From: Histomonas meleagridis 2922-C6/04-290x
Lineage: Eukaryota > Protista > Parabasalia
Direction of reading: 5' to 3'
Assembly (NCBI GenBank): GCA_020184695.1
Contig: JAANOX010000171.1
Location: forward strand, 26,924-90,923
Length of the DNA stretch: 64,000 nucleotides
Part shown: positions 21,981-33,538 of the stretch, piece by piece
How positions within the stretch are numbered: the stretch's first letter is position 1
Layout of the letters: each line of letters starts with the position of its first letter
Notes under the pieces: generated by a model
What the model was told of the DNA's origin: nothing
The model's database searches: none
Seen by the model: the letters and a program-made list of their open reading frames with translations, nothing else
Made by a program: the position numbers and the translations under genes

Positions 21981-22410
21981 TCTAATTGTGTCGATAGTAT
22001 ATTATATGTTGATTGTTTGTGGAAATGCTGCTCGCTTTCACATATATGGATATACAGAATAGAAAAAGCATGTCAAATTTTATGTTAATGATGAATCATT
22101 GAAAATAAATTACTTAATAATAGAGTTTTTGGTGAATAGGTAACAAATTCATGATGAATGTTAAAATCTTTTTGATAAATCAAAAAGACATTTTAAAATG
22201 CTATTGTTTTGCCAAGTAAAAAAATTCATTATGTAATTTTTGTAAACAAAATTTTTTACTCATTAAATATCATTAAAAAAAAGAAAAAATAATGATACAA
22301 TTTTAAATGGGCAGATATTGTTGTATTGGTTCTCTTATTTATTTATTTTCACATGAATTTTTTTAAACTTTAAAAATATTTTCATGTATAAAATTTGTTC
22401 AATCGAAGAT

Positions 22411-23097
22411 TTATTGAATCACACAAATTTCTTTTTGTGGTTTAGTATCACTAACATTAGTACTATTAAACATTAGGTTGGTAAGAATTTCGTAGCCTTT
22501 GTTGAATATGCTATCAATGGTGTCGGGATTTGTGGCTGTGCATTCCATATAATCAATTGCGCCAATTTTTTCCGCTAAAGCCCTTCCTTGTTCTTGAGTA
22601 ATTGGCTTCTGTCCATTTCCTGCAAGTTCATTAAGGGTATGTTCATCTTTGCGAAGATCTGTTTTGGTACCAACAAGGATAATTATTGGATTATTATCCT
22701 CCTCTATAAGTTCAGGAAACCAAATATTTTCTACATTTGCAAAAGAAGTTTGGTCAACAACACTAAAACAAATGAAGCGAACTGTATTTGATTTAGATTC
22801 ATATATATGATAAGCATATTTTCGGCAATTGTCGCAACCACAAATTTCTCCTATAAAAATCGATACAACATTGTTATCGAGCGATACATTTTCCGCCATG
22901 TTATTACCAAGAAAAATGGTTTCGGGAACTGAACTCAAATCGCGGGTTACTCTTGGTTGATCAAAATGTATGTGACAAAGTGTAGTCTTCCCGATTGACT
23001 TATCACCTATAAAATAAAATCCTGCTGTTTTCGTTTGGTTAGCTTCGATCGAGTGGAAAAAATTTATTGAAACAATTTTGTGAGAAATAAACCGTCG
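22411..23097 (-). CDS. Atypical Rho/Rac-family small GTPase (degenerate G3; no in-frame ATG upstream of the P-loop)
   Basis: Frame is open from 23097: GDKSIGKTT (G1), FICFSVVDQTSFANV..WFPEL, GTKTDL (G4), YMECTA (G5), CaaX CVIQ; the ORF track starts downstream of the P-loop. Confidence 0.75.
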   Translation of the reverse strand, partial: RRFISHKIVSINFFHSIEANQTKTAGFYFIGDKSIGKTTLCHIHFDQPRVTRDLSSVPETIFLGNNMAENVSLDNNVVSIFIGEICGCDNCRKYAYHIYESKSNTVRFICFSVVDQTSFANVENIWFPELIEEDNNPIIILVGTKTDLRKDEHTLNELAGNGQKPITQEQGRALAEKIGAIDYMECTATNPDTIDSIFNKGYEILTNLMFNSTNVSDTKPQKEICVIQ

Positions 23098-23342
23098 TCA
23101 TAAATTAATTTTCTGTTGTATCCAATTTTGGTTAATTGCCGGTTTCAAAATCTCTTGTCAATATAACAACGATCATTTTTCATATCACAATTCCTTCAGG
23201 AATACAAAAGTGCTACTTTTTAAAAACAAACATCTAATCGTTTTGACTAAGTTTGTTGCCATACTTGCGAGCTATCGGTCTATATTTGAATGAAGCCGAT
23301 CATCCTCAGTACATGTACTGTGATATGGCAACGATAGCCCAC

Positions 23343-23452
23343 AAATATGGCAACAAACCCAGTGAAATATATTTCAGAACACATTCAAATATGGCAACAG
23401 ACTTAGTGAAATATATTTCAATGTCTATTCAAATATGGCAACAAACTTAGTC
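23343..23452. repeat. 44-bp degenerate tandem repeat (2.5 copies) containing a perfect 14-bp palindrome
   Basis: AAATATGGCAAC starts at 23343, 23387 and 23431; TGAAATATATTTCA at 23363 and 23407. Confidence 0.85.
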
Positions 23453-23775
23453 AAATATCAATATCCATTGGGGAACGATGAATTTAATTTCATTACAAAT
23501 TATAAAAAATATAAATAATCATTGCGGTGGCAGAAAAGGCTTTCAAAAATCAAATGAAACATGAATTTAATAATGTATTCACTTATGCAAAAAAGTCACT
23601 TTTGTATGAAAACGACTTTTTGTGATTACGATAATAACCGCTCCGATAGGTTTTTTTAGTCACTTTTTAAAAAAATGTGTTGCCATTTTTTGCATAAGTG
23701 CTTGCCACATTTTCTGAATTTCAGGTGGCAATGAAAGAGTTTACTTTAAGGAAATACATTAATTATATGAAATAT

Positions 23776-24525
23776 TTAATGAAGTCCATTTATAAACTTG
23801 GTGACTTTTTCGAGTGCAAACACGCCAACAACAAAGCATGCACAATTGATTGCGAGCTTCTTAATGTTAGCTTTAACTTGGTCTTCGCCAGCTTCTTCAA
23901 CAAGTTTCTTGTACCAACTCTTTGCCTTTTCTTTTGGGGTTTGTGTTTCATTCACTTGATTTGTGCGATTTACTCGATTTGCAGTAAGGTTATTAAATGT
24001 CTCTATGGTAGGCTCGTTGTCAGCTGGTCTTTCGTAGTAATCAGTTGGTGGTTGTTGGTATGTATTAATTTCTCCTTCATCAAAAATTTCTTGTATTTCT
24101 TCTTCGCTTTCCTTTTCTATTTCTTCCTCAGCTTCATCTTCGTTGTCTAGCTTTTCTTCGTGTTTATCTTCAAGATTTATTTGTGTTTCATCTTTAACTT
24201 CTTCCTTGATTTTATCTTTTTCATCTAGACTTTCTTCATGTGTGTCGAGATTTGTTTGAGTTTCTTCTTTATTTTCTTCAACAATTTCTTCTTTGTTTTC
24301 TTTGCACTTATCTGCAGTATCTTTTTGTACTTCACCATTATCCAACTTTTCTACACTATTGTCTTCGTTGTCAGAACTCGAAGAATCAGAAGAATGTTTT
24401 GAACTATCAGATTCAGATGATTCACCAGAACTTTTACTTTTTTCCTCTTCATTTGTCTTTTCCGTAACTAAGTTTTCTTGTTCATCTGACTTTGTTTGGT
24501 CGTTTATTACTTCTTGTTCGCTCAT
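23776..24525 (-). CDS. Acidic low-complexity protein with C-terminal hydrophobic tail (possible tail-anchored protein)
   Basis: 249-aa ORF, E/S/D/K-rich; C-terminal LAINCACFVVGVFAL segment. Confidence 0.65.
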   Translation of the reverse strand: MSEQEVINDQTKSDEQENLVTEKTNEEEKSKSSGESSESDSSKHSSDSSSSDNEDNSVEKLDNGEVQKDTADKCKENKEEIVEENKEETQTNLDTHEESLDEKDKIKEEVKDETQINLEDKHEEKLDNEDEAEEEIEKESEEEIQEIFDEGEINTYQQPPTDYYERPADNEPTIETFNNLTANRVNRTNQVNETQTPKEKAKSWYKKLVEEAGEDQVKANIKKLAINCACFVVGVFALEKVTKFINGLH

Positions 24526-24584
24526 TTAATTGGTCCAACAAGGCAAAAACCGTTTAAATCCAAAAAAAAATCGAAAACAACTTT

Positions 24585-27026
24585 TTATGAAGAAAACATT
24601 TCTCTTGCGTTTTCCCTTATTAACGGGAATAACTTTGATTCATTAGCCCTTAATACTACCTGAATATTATTACCATTTTGTCTTAAAGTAGCAAAATATG
24701 CACTATTTGGCAAAGGTAAATTAAACACCACACATAAAATTCCGTTTTTATCTTCTGCAATTCTAATATTTATATTTTCTAAATAAGATTTATCTGCAAT
24801 TTTTGCGTCATTAATTTGGAATTTATCTTCATTCCTTAACTTATCCCATTCCATATGGAAATAATCTTCATTAAACCATAAATAATCAACATGTGAAATC
24901 AAACAGACTAAGTCAAATGGCGCATCAAACATTTTGATGCCATTTGATGTCTTAAGTGCAATTTGTATTTTTGTGTTATCAACATTACCAACGAAGTCTT
25001 CCTGGAACTTTACTGGTAATGATATCTCGAATGATTCACCGAATTCTAATTGTTGAGGGAAGGAAGGTAATTTATCGAGATTACAACCCATGATATTTTT
25101 ATTAAACGCTATAGCGAAGTCGCCTATATTTTGTAATGATTTATTTATAACTCTTAAACAAAAATTGAAACTTGTCCAACCAGAAAACACGTCAATAACA
25201 TCATCAGAGTATACTCTATTCCATTGATTATCTTTAACATCTTCGACATTATTAATATTATCATCTTCAGGAGTATATAATTGATTTTTAACAAAATCTT
25301 CAGGTACAATATGTAAAACCCCTGAAACTTTACCTGTATTTTTTAATATTATATCCAACACTTTATTATCCGAAATTTTTTCATTATTAACAATTTCTTC
25401 TTTCTTAAAAACGATTATATCTTTTGCTATATTTATATCCATAGTTAATAATCTCCAATAAATCAAAGCTCTATTTCTTACGTCGGGTAATATATAAGGT
25501 TTTATTGCCTCGTTTAATACAAATTGTAATTGATCTTTAATAATATTTTGATTTTCGATATACATTTTAACAATTGCTGATAACAATTGAATTTGTACAT
25601 CAATATTTTCATCTTTAAAAGTATCCAAAAAAGGATCAATTAATACGTCAACTTTCTCTATCATATAATTATATTCCCCTAATATCCATATCAAACAAGA
25701 TTTAGCTTCCGGGTCTTTAATTATTTCGATGTTATTACAAACTTTCGCTATAATTGATTCGAATTCTCCTGGATAATTACGTAACAAATTACTTATAACA
25801 ACAATCGATTGCTCAATTGCATAATCAGCTTTGTTATCAACAAGTTTCATTAATATGTCAATGCATTTACGTGAACTCGCAGGAATTTTAATTGCGATTT
25901 TCCCAATGATTCGAATTGTCTTCTTTACAAACTGTACATCAACTGAATTACAATACTCTTCAAGTTCTTCTAGTATTAACCCAACATTACGTGCTGTACA
26001 TATTATTAATATAATTTCTAATTTCTCCATGCGAATAAATGATGGATCATTATATTTGCAAAAAAATGTCCGAACTTCATTCGCTAAAATATGCGGATAT
26101 TTGGTTACAAATGTTGTTAATGTACGTAATACTACAAATTGTATCTCTACAGATTCACTACTAATTAATGTGATAAACGGCGGAATGATTTGTTGGAATA
26201 ATTCGTTGACGTTTCGTTTGCTGATCTCTAAATAACTATAAATACATCGAAACGAACCAATGACTACTGACGAATTCGAATGTTTCAGAAACGGAATTAA
26301 TCGATCAATAAGAAAATTGGCTTCTTCACTTGTGGTCGGAACATATTTGGACATCGCGTCAAGAAGAAGCGCCGTCATCCATTCGCTGCATTGTGTGGTG
26401 GCAGATATGATCGGAGATATCGTCTCTTCAGTAAACTGGAATATTGGAGTGCTCCGCTTCTCGTTGATCTCGAGGAGCGCCACACTTGTGTTTGCGACGA
26501 CCATTGGGTTCTCGTCGTATAACAATTTTTGTAATAGTGATAACAGCTCTGAATTCTCAACGGATTCGGGAATGACGTCGTACAGCTTGGCGACGGCAAT
26601 GGCCGCGGTCTTGCGTACATACGCGTTTTTGTCCTCGAGACATTTCTTTAACGGAATTATCATATACTCCGCAACGGAATCGACTTTGATGCGACACATG
26701 GAACGGACTGCTAACGCGCGGATTATCGGGTTGTTGTCCTCGGAGTCTTTGATGAATGTATTCACAACCATAATCGACTGCTCTGGTTCACTCCCGGAAT
26801 ACGTGACTAAGTATAAGTACACAAGCTTCTTGAGCTGGATGTCATCCGTTTGCACACACCGAAGCATCGATGAAAACAAACAACTGACATTTTCGCCGCT
26901 GCGCATTAGATTCACAACTCGGCGCGCTGCGTTCTTCCGCGATGTTGGATCATTAGAGTCGAGGTTGTCACGGAGAGTGATGATTTCGCCTTTGGCTTTG
27001 CCCTCAAAATACTTTGATGATTTCAT
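24585..27026 (-). CDS. AP1B1: Adaptor protein complex beta subunit (AP-1/AP-2 beta-adaptin; the two cannot be separated here)
   Basis: KYFEGKAKGEI, LKKLVYLYL, NPIIRALAVRSM, YVRKTAAIAVAKL, WILGEY, DVRNRALIYWRLL trunk motifs plus appendage; first ATG at 27026. Confidence 0.92.
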   Translation of the reverse strand: MKSSKYFEGKAKGEIITLRDNLDSNDPTSRKNAARRVVNLMRSGENVSCLFSSMLRCVQTDDIQLKKLVYLYLVTYSGSEPEQSIMVVNTFIKDSEDNNPIIRALAVRSMCRIKVDSVAEYMIIPLKKCLEDKNAYVRKTAAIAVAKLYDVIPESVENSELLSLLQKLLYDENPMVVANTSVALLEINEKRSTPIFQFTEETISPIISATTQCSEWMTALLLDAMSKYVPTTSEEANFLIDRLIPFLKHSNSSVVIGSFRCIYSYLEISKRNVNELFQQIIPPFITLISSESVEIQFVVLRTLTTFVTKYPHILANEVRTFFCKYNDPSFIRMEKLEIILIICTARNVGLILEELEEYCNSVDVQFVKKTIRIIGKIAIKIPASSRKCIDILMKLVDNKADYAIEQSIVVISNLLRNYPGEFESIIAKVCNNIEIIKDPEAKSCLIWILGEYNYMIEKVDVLIDPFLDTFKDENIDVQIQLLSAIVKMYIENQNIIKDQLQFVLNEAIKPYILPDVRNRALIYWRLLTMDINIAKDIIVFKKEEIVNNEKISDNKVLDIILKNTGKVSGVLHIVPEDFVKNQLYTPEDDNINNVEDVKDNQWNRVYSDDVIDVFSGWTSFNFCLRVINKSLQNIGDFAIAFNKNIMGCNLDKLPSFPQQLEFGESFEISLPVKFQEDFVGNVDNTKIQIALKTSNGIKMFDAPFDLVCLISHVDYLWFNEDYFHMEWDKLRNEDKFQINDAKIADKSYLENINIRIAEDKNGILCVVFNLPLPNSAYFATLRQNGNNIQVVLRANESKLFPLIRENAREMFSS

Positions 27027-27962
27027 TTCTAGCAACCGCTGGAAATTACCAAAAATTGCCCTTTGGAATGTACGTTAAGAGTGTGTAGACTGAAACCGCT
27101 CACTTCATATTTTGATGAAAAACTTTTTCCTTATTCGAAAATTTTCTACGCAATAGACAACACACAATATATTTAGTAACTTTTAATTATTTTGTATCTC
27201 AACGAATTTATTTTGAAATTTCTTTTTGTATGTGAAACAAAATGAAGCACATTATTGTGAATGTTATTTAATTTCTTCCAAACATTAATTTCCTATGAAA
27301 AGCTTTATAGAATTCGATAAATTCCATAAGTGAATATACACTGTTATGTTGACACAAGCACTCTTTTATTCATAGAAACAGCTAACACTGTAATTCGAGA
27401 ATATCTCCAAAAAGGCTACGGATTTTGCTGATGCAAAACTCAAAGTAACCTTCAATACATAAGAAAATGAAATCAAAAATTTAATCAATGGAAATGTATA
27501 TATTCATGTTGATAAATAAAATATAGGAGCTACAGAACATTTATTCATAAAAGAGGAACCAACAAACACGTTCTCTCAGTCGAATACATATAGTCAATCC
27601 AATCCTTATTAACTTTATTAATTTGAAAAATCTAATGTTGATCTGATTTCAAGATCTAAGGATTTTGTTAGAAATTATTTAAATATGGATATGTGTTCTT
27701 TATAAAATTTATAATGTTGAAAATTGTTATTTCAACGGAGATATGTACAAAATATATAATGCTGTGAGTTATAACTTTATAATCTTTTATTCATAATCAA
27801 TGAATATATTTTCATATCTGATATTGGTTCTTCTAGAAAATATAACAAAAAAATTCTGCTTTCAAAAATATGAAATTTTTCATTTTCCTTATGCAATTCA
27901 TCATTAAAATTTCGATAAAATAAATATTTAATAATACAAACAAATTTTTATTCTATAAAAAA

Positions 27963-30027
27963 TTATTTCATCCAATTTTCTCTTACACAACATTCCATTA
28001 ATTCCAATGATTCGAACTTATCTTCTGGTGATTTCAAAGTAGCGAAAGCCAAATAGATGCACAACAAAAACGAATATAATTGAACGACAGCTTGTTTTGC
28101 AATTATTAAATGTTTCAAATTCATTAAATATTTTCGAATTTCATCCAAAATTGTTTTCAAAGACAAATTTTCAGGTTGTAATTCGAATTGTGAATTTAGA
28201 AATGTTAATACTTCATCCATTTTATACTTAATTTTATTCCATTGTTCAGATATAACATTTAAAAGTTCAATATCGAAATCTTTTTTTTTTTATTAAAACT
28301 ATACAGTAAAGAAGACAATTGAAACTTTTTAACAAATTCTTTTAAAGAAATTTCATTTTTATTTTTAGATTTCGATGCAAAAATTTTTACAAATTTATTT
28401 ATTTGTTCATATGTAATATTATTAAAAAACATTTTCTCATTAGAAATTTTAGATTTAATTTTATACACATTTAACATATTCTCAAACCTATTTAAAAAGT
28501 CATTATAATAATACTCAACACATTTTCTTAATATATTATGCATTGCGATATCGCAGGTCTTGAAATAGTCATTTCGAAAATCGAATTCAAAAAAATTTTA
28601 TCATAAAAAGGCAAAATATTTTCGATTTGATTTTAGTATGCGTAACACAGAATAACCATTAATTATACATTTCGCTCTCAATTTGATAAAAAACGCAATT
28701 TGTTCCTCATTTAAAATCTCAAACAAAAACTCAATAAAAAAATCAATTTCGGAAGTTCTTTCCATATGGAAGTTTCATACAAGTATTATATAAATCCCAA
28801 CAATATTGTTCTGCTTGGAAAGGAATTTTAAATTCCTTTTGTGAATAACTGATAATAAATTCCGGAAATTTCATAATTTTCGATTTGTTTATCAAAATTT
28901 GATTTCGAATCATAAATTTCATTCATTTCATATAATATCCACGTAAAACTTTTGGGTAAACGTTGTTAATAATTTGAAGAAATTAAATTCAAAAAACGAA
29001 TTTCATTTTCATTATTATTATTTATATCTATTTCATTATATTTAAAGTTTGTGCATAATTATCATTTAAAGAAGGTTTAATTGCATTTTTAATACAATTT
29101 TTAACTAAAAACGAAGTAAATAACTTAAAAAATTGTTATCTTTTTCAGTAAGTAAAAAATTTCCTTTTAATATTAAATTAACTTTATTTATGTCCGCTCG
29201 AAACTCATTTTCATATTTCATTAAAGATGTTTTAAATAATGCAAAATCTTCATAAGAATTAATTTCAATTGTTTTATATAACGTTGAAATAGAACTTTTT
29301 ACATATTCGTTTTTAACTAATTCATATAAATCTTTACTTATATTATTTGCTTTATTATTCGAATACCAAAATATGTTTTCAACATGACAATCTCGGCGTG
29401 AAATAATTTCATTGACCTCTGTTTTAATATCATTAATTTGGGAAATTAAATGGTTTTGTTGATCATTTAATTCTTTGAGATGCGTTTTTAATTGTAAAAT
29501 TGATGATTTATGATTATCGATTTTATTATTAATGGATGAAACTATGGAGTCATAATGAGATTTGATAGATGGATAGAACCCTTTGTTTCAACAAAGAAGC
29601 TTCGGCAATTTTAAATGAAATCACTTCATCTGTACTCTCGATAAAATATTGTCGAACTACTTCAGAAAATATTTCATTGTACGATTTCTCAATATTGGAG
29701 TTTGAGTCTTTTTGAGCTTGAGAAATGAGTCAATCTAATATTTCGCTTAAAATTTGAATCTGTCGGTGGATCATATGGACCCAAATATTTAAAATAAAAC
29801 CCATTAGGGGCTTCATGTGGCTGTCTGCTTTTAATCTCAACTTTAATGTTTGGTTGTATTATTTCATTTTTTTCAGATTTTGTAATAGAATAGGATGTTT
29901 TGGGACGAATTTTCTGGGTTCTAACATAAGATTTGAAACGTGTGGTTGACGGGGTCGGTTGTATTTCATTTGGTATTGGAGGCTTTGAATAAATAATTGT
30001 ATGTTGAGATGGTGTTTTTCCTAACAA
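27963..30027 (-). pseudogene. Fragmented ORF remnants of unknown function
   Basis: Short collinear minus-strand ORFs (27963-28220, 28259-28543, 29689-30027) with coding-like composition between them and many stops. Confidence 0.35.
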
Positions 30028-30202
30028 ACCTGATCTAACAAGTGCTGGTTCAATTTCTTTGTTGTGGGATTAGGTTGTATAGTTTTATTTCGAAAGACAC
30101 CCCAAGTAAAGTGGAGTGTTGCATCCCAGATTCTAACGGATTTTTTTCAATTTGATTTAATCGTTGACAATAAACTGTCAGTTTTCTTTTTCTTATAGGG
30201 TA

Positions 30203-33200
30203 ATGGAAGAAAATAAATTTTTCCATTTGTTAAAAGCAATTCAAAATATCACTTTAAATATAAACGAAGATAACATATTATTTGATGTTCAAGTAATTCT
30301 TTCTCTTTTTGATGATAATTTTTCATATTCTTTTAACCTCATTATTTGCAAATCGTTATATTCATCTTTTGCTTCACGAATAACAGATTTTAATTTATGT
30401 TTTGAATTCTTGAAAGCAATTGAAAAAAATGAAAAAGAATTAACTAAAAGTAATTATAAAATTTTAGATATTTTTGCACAATTTCTTTTAACAAAATCAA
30501 CTCAAGAATCCGATTATCTTCTAGAAAAATTACTTGAACAAAACATAATTAGTTCGGAAATTGTTAAAAATAAGTCAACATTATATTTTGCGCAATATAA
30601 AACTTTAGAAGAAATCAAAAATTCGGATTACTTAGAATATGAAACACCTTTTTGGAATGATTTTTTTGATAACTATGAGCAAATTTCGAAAGATAATTTT
30701 AAACTTCATAAACAATTAACTTATGAAGGGGTTAATCCATTAAAATTAGCTATAATAATCCGAAATGACGAAATAGAAAAGCTTCAAAAATTATCATCTT
30801 CACAAAATGAATTTGATTATAATCAAAAAATTAAACCATCACTTTATGAAAGATATACTTTTATTAACAATGATACTATTTCACTTATTGATTATGCAGC
30901 ATTTTTTGGATCAATAAAATGTTTTAAATTCTTATTTTTGAATGGTTCTAATACAACAAATACAGGTAAATATGCAATTGCTGGAGGAAATTTAGAAATA
31001 ATTCATATTTGTGAAGGGAATAAAGTAATATTTAAAGATGCATGTGATGCAGCAATTGAATATCATCGCAATGATATTTTTAAATATATTTATGAAAACA
31101 AAATTTTCGATATAAAATATTTAAATGATTTAGTACGAAAATGTATTTTATATAATAATTATGAACTTTTAAAATATTTTATTGATAAAGGAATTGAAAT
31201 CGATGATTCTATTATCAATGAAGCAGCAAAGAATGGAAATTTGTTTCTTGTTAAATATTTTTTTGAAGAAAATTATATTCCAAATGATATTTTGGTTTCA
31301 ATAACAAAATCAGGAAACATCGAATTATTTAAATATATTCTTGAGCAAAGAAAAGTTAACATCAATATCAAAGATATTTAATATTTTTTTATAGCATTTA
31401 TTTCGAAAAAATTGGATATATTTAAATTTATTGGAGTTTCTTATCGCCATTTAATACAGCTCTTATGATTGCCTCTGAATATGGATATACAGAAATTGTT
31501 AAAATACTTCTTGAACAGGAAGGAATTCTCATTAATAGTAGAAATATAATTTTATATCATTTAAAATTTCTTTTTAAAAAATGATATATGAAAATAATTT
31601 TCGGAGTTAAAGTAGATTATTTAAAACAGCAATTTTTTTGACATCACAATATGAAATAGTTAAATTGCTTTTCTACCGTAAAGAAATTGATATTAATCCC
31701 AAGGCTGTAAATTTTTTCAATTTAAAATTTATTTTAATATTTTAATATTTTGAAATAATGTTTGGAAATTATTTAATATATTTTGGAAAGCATTAATTTA
31801 TGCATCACAAAAAGGTTATACCGAAATAGTAAAATTACTTCTTGATCAAAAAGAAATTGATATTAATGCCAAAACTATTTATTTTTTGCATTTAAAATCT
31901 CAATTTATAAATTCAGATTTCAAAAATATATTTGGAAATTGTTCAAAACATTTGATACAGCACTTATTTTAGCTTCTCAAAATGGACACACAGAAATAGT
32001 TAAATTACTTCTTGAACAAGAAGAAATTAAAGTTAATATTAGAACTATTTGTTTATATTATTTAAAATTTATTGTAATAATTTGATATTTTAAAACTATA
32101 TTTAGAAGTTATTTAAATTATTTGAGACAGTACTTATTTTAGCTTCTCAAAATGGGCATACAAAAATAGTCAAATTACTTCTTGAACAAAAAAAAATTTA
32201 TATTAATGCTAAAAATATTTGTTTTATTTATATGACATTTTTTTTGATGATAAAATATTTCAAAATAATATTTGGAAATTATTTAAATTATTTGAAACAG
32301 CACTTATGAAAGCATCTTATAATGGTCATATAGAAATAGTTAAATTACTTCTTGAACAAGAAGAAATATATATCAATGCTAAAAATATTTATTTGTTTTA
32401 TTTGAAATTTATTTTAATAATTTTTTATTTCAAAATAATATTTGGAAATTATTTAAATTATTTTCGACAGCACTTATTTTGGCGTCTGCTCGAGGTCATA
32501 TAGAAATAGTTAAATTACTTCTTGAACAAGAAGGAATTGATATTAATGCTAAAAATATTTATTTGTTTTATATAGAATTTATTTTAATAATTTAAAAATT
32601 CAAAACAATTTTTGGAACTTATATAAAATATTTTATACAGCACTTATATGTGCATCTTGGAATGGTCATACAGAAATAGTTAAATTACTACTTGAGCAAA
32701 AGGAAATTGATATTAATGCTAAAAATATATGTTTATTATGTTCAAAATTTATTTTATTAATTTTATGTTTCAAAAGAACATTTGGAAATAATTTCAAATG
32801 TATGAAACAGCGCTTATTATAGCTTCACAAAAAGGGTACAAAGAAATAGTTAAAATACTTCTTGAACAAGAAGGAATTGATGTTAATGCTAAAACTATTT
32901 ATTTGCTTTATTTTGTGTTTACTTTAATCATGTGGTATTTATAAATAATATTTGGAAATTAATTAAATTATTTTGGACAGCATTAATAACTGCACGTAGA
33001 AGCAAACATAAAGAAATAGTTAAATTGCTTTTCGAATTAAAAGGTGATGAAGTAATTGATGAATTTAATATTTGTTCCATTAATTGTTCACTTCAATCAC
33101 TAGTTATTGACCAACAATATTTCTTATATTGCAAAATAAATAAAAATAATAGTCATATAGATGGAAGAATTCCATTACAGAAACAATACCTGAACGGTAA

Positions 33201-33219
33201 ATTTTCAGTAATAAAATAG
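30203..33219 (+). CDS. DUF3447-type ankyrin-repeat gene 1: large first exon plus 10 ankyrin exons split by 80-nt frame-breaking spacers
   Basis: IRNDEIEKLQ, SLIDYAAFFGSIKCFKFL, YAIAGGNLEIIHICE in 30203-31375; TAL-type repeats start at 31456, 31626, 31787, 31957, 32127, 32297, 32467, 32637, 32807, 32977; coding status depends on spacer removal. Confidence 0.7.
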
Positions 33220-33538
33220 GTATTTTGTGTTTTTTGTAATGATTTCCGGAAGAAGAACATTATTCCTTATAAGACATAAAAGATTTTGATTTCCAGGTGA
33301 GGTGGCGATAAATATTTGAAATGTTTACTTCTATGTAAAGCACACAACATTGGCGTTTTTTTTCTGAGCTGGAAAATGAGGTCACTTAATCAACATTGCC
33401 ATCTTTTTACCCACAAAAAACCTCTCTAAATTATTTCCAATGTTTGACAACTCTGGTATGGTCCATACAACATATAATTCAAAAATAGAAAATGATTCAA
33501 ATAATCAATCAATATATTTTCAAATATAAAATTTACTC

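Noticed and set aside
26260-27078. 272-aa plus-strand ORF antisense to beta-adaptin
   Set aside because: Shadow ORF caused by the GC-rich codon usage of the sense gene; no recognisable motifs.
31376-32126. Simple -1 programmed frameshift with translation of the whole spacer
   Set aside because: Many spacers are open in the downstream frame (FQNNIWKLFKLF), but those at 31376, 31546, 31707 and 32047 have stops that block any single shift.
31456-33030. 170-bp ankyrin units as a CRISPR-like repeat/spacer array or as canonical GT-AG introns
   Set aside because: The conserved part is protein-coding ankyrin sequence. Most spacers lack a frame-restoring GT...AG pair. The GTAA at 31707 has no suitable AG, and using the ACAG of the TAL codons would destroy the frame or delete conserved residues.
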